DNA of 64,000 nt from assembly GCA_963843575.1 (NCBI GenBank), contig CAWJKZ010000017.1, forward strand, positions 32,001 to 96,000, written 5' to 3'. This stretch comes from an uncultured Acidobacteriota bacterium (GTDB lineage Bacteria > Acidobacteriota > UBA6911). The notes beneath the pieces are model-generated. The model worked only from the letters and a program-made list of their open reading frames with translations. It was not told where the DNA came from and did no database searches. Shown here piece after piece: positions 60,309-64,000 of the stretch. Position 1 is the stretch's first letter, and the number at the start of each line of letters is the position of its first letter. The position numbers and the translations under genes were made by a program.

Positions 60309-60582
60309 GCGGTACGGGAATGCTGCGGCCCGACGGTGCCGCGCTGATGCCGCAACTCGGTATGGCACCGAGGCGCCGGGCATTTCGGCGTTCGGCCTTG
60401 GGGCGTAAGAGCAACCCCGCGGGGTACATTTAAGCCAACGAATGCCGTTCCGGGCGGCTGCTTCCATTCCGAGCCCACGCCTTGTGGTCCGCGCCCTGAG
60501 TTTGGGGTGCGGCGCCTCGGCGCCGCTTAACGCTGCGCCCCGCGTCGGAATAACTGGGCGCCTCGGCGCCGCACTCCATACA

Positions 60583-61470
60583 TCAGGAGATCAGCTTGCG
60601 CAGGGTTGCGAGGTGGCGCGGGACGGCCGTCTTCGGGTCTTCCTTCCCCTCATACTCCAGCGCGATATAGCCGCGGTATCCCGCCTTCTTCAGCAGGTCG
60701 ATTTCCCTGGCAAGGTCGGCCGGCCGGTTGTCGATCTCCGTCTTGATTTGGACGTTCACGGCGTAGGGAGCGACCATCGCCAGCTCGGCGTAGGGGTCCG
60801 CCCCGCGGAAATTCCCCGTGTCCAGATTGATCCCGAACCACTCCGACTTTACTTCCTTGACGATCGCAAGCGTCTGCTGCGGCGTGGAGACGATTCCGCC
60901 GTGATTCTCGAGAGCCAGCGTTATGCCCCGCTCCCCGGCGTATTCGCAGCACTGCTCGATCGCCGCCACGGCCCACTTGCGCGCCTGCTCCTCGGTTGTC
61001 CCCTTCTGGAGGCTTCCGGCGAAAATCCGGATGACCGGCGCGCCCAGCTCCAGGGCATGGTCGACCCACATCTTCACGTGCGCGATCTCCTTGTCGAGTT
61101 GCGGGCCGGGAGGATAGGTGAACGTGTTCCCCACGGCGGTCCCCGAGATCGACAGCCCGAGCAAGAAGGCGCGATGGCGGTAGCGGTGGAGATAGTCCTT
61201 CGTGACGGGTTCCGGGAAGTAATACGCGGTCGGTTCAATCGCATCGAGCGGGTATCCCGCCGCGAGGTCCACGAAGTCCTCGTAGCTCATCGACTTCCTG
61301 GGGCCCTGAAGATAGTCCCGGAAGGAATATCCCGCCAGGCTGAGCTTCATGCGCGGTTCGCCGTGACGGCGGACCGGATCGATCGCGCTTGCCGGGGTGC
61401 CGGCAACCCCCGCGAAGCCAGCGGCCGCTGCGGTCATCATGAATCGGCGCCTCGAACAGTCCATGTGCAT
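60583..61470 (-). CDS. Tat-exported sugar-phosphate isomerase/epimerase (AP_endonuc_2)
   Basis: SRRRFM; LALENHGG, NLDTGNF, GYRGYIALEYEG. Confidence 0.9.
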   Translation of the reverse strand: MHMDCSRRRFMMTAAAAGFAGVAGTPASAIDPVRRHGEPRMKLSLAGYSFRDYLQGPRKSMSYEDFVDLAAGYPLDAIEPTAYYFPEPVTKDYLHRYRHRAFLLGLSISGTAVGNTFTYPPGPQLDKEIAHVKMWVDHALELGAPVIRIFAGSLQKGTTEEQARKWAVAAIEQCCEYAGERGITLALENHGGIVSTPQQTLAIVKEVKSEWFGINLDTGNFRGADPYAELAMVAPYAVNVQIKTEIDNRPADLAREIDLLKKAGYRGYIALEYEGKEDPKTAVPRHLATLRKLIS

Positions 61471-61644
61471 CCTCCTTCGTGTGAATGGTCCCGGCGATTA
61501 TAGGCCCATCTGCGGATTCGCCGGAGTCAAAGTGAAGCGGGTGGGCCGCGGCGGCTCGCCGCGGCCCCGGGCGGTTCACTATTGATTGCATAGCGATGGC
61601 ATACTTGCTAATCTCAGCGCCTAAATCAAAGAGTCCGCATGCAC

Positions 61645-63054
61645 ATGGAAGAGCCGGCCGGCGCGCGGAGGAGTTTCTCTCCGCGATGGAAGACAGGACT
61701 GAGCATGGCGGCGGCAGGCGCGGTAGCGTTGTCTTTGTGGCTGGGGCTGCCCTCCCTCGCCCCGCACGCACGCAGCGTCCTGTCGATCAGTGCTCTCGTG
61801 CTTGTCCTCTGGATAAGCCAGCCCGTTCCGCACGCGCTGGCAGGCCTGATCGGCTGCTACCTGTTCTGGAGCGCGGCGGGGATGCCCTTTTCAACCGCGT
61901 TCGGCGGCTTTGCCAATGCGACGTCTTGGTTCGTGCTTGCGGCCGGGCTGTTCGGGGTCATGGCCACGAAGACGGGGTTGGCCTATCGCCTCGCACGCCG
62001 GATTCTGAGTGTGTCAGGCACGTCCTACAACCGCCTGCTCCTTAGTTTTCTGCTGACCAGTCTGGCGCTGAACCTGCTGGTGCCGTCCGGGATCGCCCGC
62101 GTGATCATCCTGGCGGGGATCGCGCTCGGCGTGACCAAGTCGCTGGGGTGGGGGCCGACGAGCGTGCCGGCGCGCGGGCTGTTTGTCACCCTGACGGTGG
62201 CTTCGTCCCTGTTCGACAAGATGATGATCACTGGCGGGAGCACCATCGTCGCCCAGGGTTTCATCGAGAAGATAGGGCAGAGCCGCGTCTACTGGAGCCA
62301 GTGGCTGTTTGCGCACGTCCCGACCATCCTGTTGAGTCTCCCGGCCTGCTGGGCCGCCGCCGTCCTGCTCTTTCCCCACCGCGACTGCGGCGCCGCCGCC
62401 CCGCTGTCGCCGGACGACCAGCCCGGCGCGTGGACACCGGCCGAGCGCCGTTGCGCCGTGTTCCTCGGGCTGGCGCTGGGCTTCTGGACGACCGATTTCA
62501 TCCACCACATCCATCCAGCCATGGTCGCGCTCGGCGTCGGCCTGGCAGCCATGCTGCCGGGCGTGGGGGTTCTGAGACCGAGGGAGCTGAAGGAATTCGA
62601 TTTCCTCCCATTTCTGTTTACCGCCTCCGCCCTGAGCCTGGGGATGGGACTGATGGAAAGCGGGGCGCTCGATACCCTCACCCAGGCGCTGCGCTCCTGG
62701 AGCCTGCTCGGCACCGATTTCGTGCCGTCCGCGATGATCCTCTATTGGACAGGGGTCGCCTACCACATGCTCGTCCCGAGCGATCCGACCACCCTGGCCA
62801 CCTCGATGCCGGCGCTTATGAACCTCGCGGTCGCGCGCAATTGGAGTCCCGTCGCTACCGGCCTCACGTGGACGCTCGCCCTGGTGGGAAAGGTGTTCGT
62901 GTACCAGTCCGGCGTCGCCATCGCGGGCTATTCGTTCGGTTATTTCAAGGCGCGCGATTTCCTGAAGATGGGGTTGAGCCTGATGGTGATCGAGTTCCTG
63001 ATCCTGGTGCTGCTGCTCCTGTGGTACTGGCCTCTCATCGGGCTGATCCGATGA
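61645..63054 (+). CDS. SLC13/DASS family anion permease
   Basis: AFGGFANATSWFVL, KTGLAYRLA, VPSGIARV, YSFGYFKARDFLKMG; many TM helices. Confidence 0.85.
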   Translation: MEEPAGARRSFSPRWKTGLSMAAAGAVALSLWLGLPSLAPHARSVLSISALVLVLWISQPVPHALAGLIGCYLFWSAAGMPFSTAFGGFANATSWFVLAAGLFGVMATKTGLAYRLARRILSVSGTSYNRLLLSFLLTSLALNLLVPSGIARVIILAGIALGVTKSLGWGPTSVPARGLFVTLTVASSLFDKMMITGGSTIVAQGFIEKIGQSRVYWSQWLFAHVPTILLSLPACWAAAVLLFPHRDCGAAAPLSPDDQPGAWTPAERRCAVFLGLALGFWTTDFIHHIHPAMVALGVGLAAMLPGVGVLRPRELKEFDFLPFLFTASALSLGMGLMESGALDTLTQALRSWSLLGTDFVPSAMILYWTGVAYHMLVPSDPTTLATSMPALMNLAVARNWSPVATGLTWTLALVGKVFVYQSGVAIAGYSFGYFKARDFLKMGLSLMVIEFLILVLLLLWYWPLIGLIR

Positions 63055-63093
63055 AGGCGGGCGCGAACCTCGGCCGCTCCGGCCCACTTTGAC

Positions 63094-64000
63094 ATGATCG
63101 ACGATCTGAAGATGTTCGGCCGGTATTTCGCCGGTCTGCCGCGTTTTCTGAATTCGACCCTCTCGCTCGAGGCGGCGCACCTGATGGTGGAGCGGCAGTT
63201 ACAGCTCCGCGCCCCCAGTTTCCTGGAAATGGTGCGGCGCGCGATCTACGCGCGCCCTCGCAGCCCCTACCTGCGCCTGTTGCGCCACGCCGGAATCGAA
63301 TACGGCTGGGTGGAGGAGCACGTCCGCCAATCGGGGGTCGAGGCCACGCTCGACAGGCTCTACCGGGCCGGCGTTTATGTCGCGTTCGAGGAGTTCAAGG
63401 GGCGACGCCCTGTGCGAGCGGCCCGGGCTCTCTTTCCAGACGCGCCCCTCCGACTTCGACAACCCGCTGCTGGCGAAACACTATGAACTACGCACCGGCG
63501 GGTCCCGTGGCGCGGGCACCAGGATCGTTGTCGATTTCGGCCTGCTCACTCACGAATCCGCCTACAACTGCCTCACCTCCGTCAATCTCGGGGTGGCGGG
63601 CAGGCCCGTGGCCATCTGGTACTCGGTCCCGCCGACGGTCAGCGGGATGAAGCACGTCCTGCGCAACGCCAAGATCGGCCACCCCATCCAGCGCTGGTTC
63701 GCCCAGAACCGCCTGCCCTTGCGCCCCGGCACACTTCAAGCCTTTCGTATTCACCCACTATGCGGTGTGGGCCAGCCGGCTCACGCGCAACCACGCTTCC
63801 GGCGCCGGAATACACGCCGATGCACGAGGCCCACCGGGTGGCCCGGTGGCTCGCCGACCGGGTCGCCGAGGGGACGCCGGCCGAGATACACACGCGGCCG
63901 AGCTCGGGCGTGCGGGTGTGCCTCGCTGCCAGGGAGCGCGGCTACGACATCTCGGGAACCTGCTTCCGGTTTAACTCGGAACCTTACACTGCGGCGAAAG
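63094..64000 (+). CDS. PaaK/CapK-like adenylate-forming hypothetical protein, frameshifted, runs off window
   Basis: SPYLRLLRHAG...FEEFKGRRP / FDNPLL...RTGGSRG (P-loop-like) / TRPSSGVRVC...SEPYTAAK across frames. Confidence 0.6.

Noticed and set aside
61597-61612. sigma54 promoter upstream of the DASS permease
   Set aside because: TGGCATACTTGC has GG-N7-GC spacing, not the required N10.

Overview
A GC-rich chromosomal window, most likely from an Acidobacteriota genome (inferred from an Oar-type TonB receptor fragment, many Tat-exported sugar enzymes, a TolB_N/TPR Ser/Thr kinase and the intergenic repeat types). It holds about 50 CDS. These include a 2-oxoacid:ferredoxin oxidoreductase operon, two multiheme cytochromes (a 10-heme ImcH/NapC-like protein and a 9-heme partner of a GMC dehydrogenase), gltA, hemN-hemH, an Lhr helicase, peptidases, transporters and tRNA-Ser(GGA). 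The tRNA is flanked by an integrase remnant and a decayed island. No CRISPR array, rRNA or intact transposase was seen. Several genes have single-base indels that are probably long-read errors. The most interesting signals are: (i) a Tat-lipoprotein/GMC/nonaheme-cytochrome operon beside exported TIM-barrel sugar enzymes; (ii) a coupled three-gene operon built on a LysA-fold PLP enzyme that lacks the catalytic Cys and the HxGSQ motif; (iii) nested miniature elements with visible TIRs and TSDs inserted into other repeats; (iv) back-to-back sigma54-like promoters driving the oxidoreductase and the decaheme cytochrome. All family assignments come from motif recognition by eye; no searches were run.
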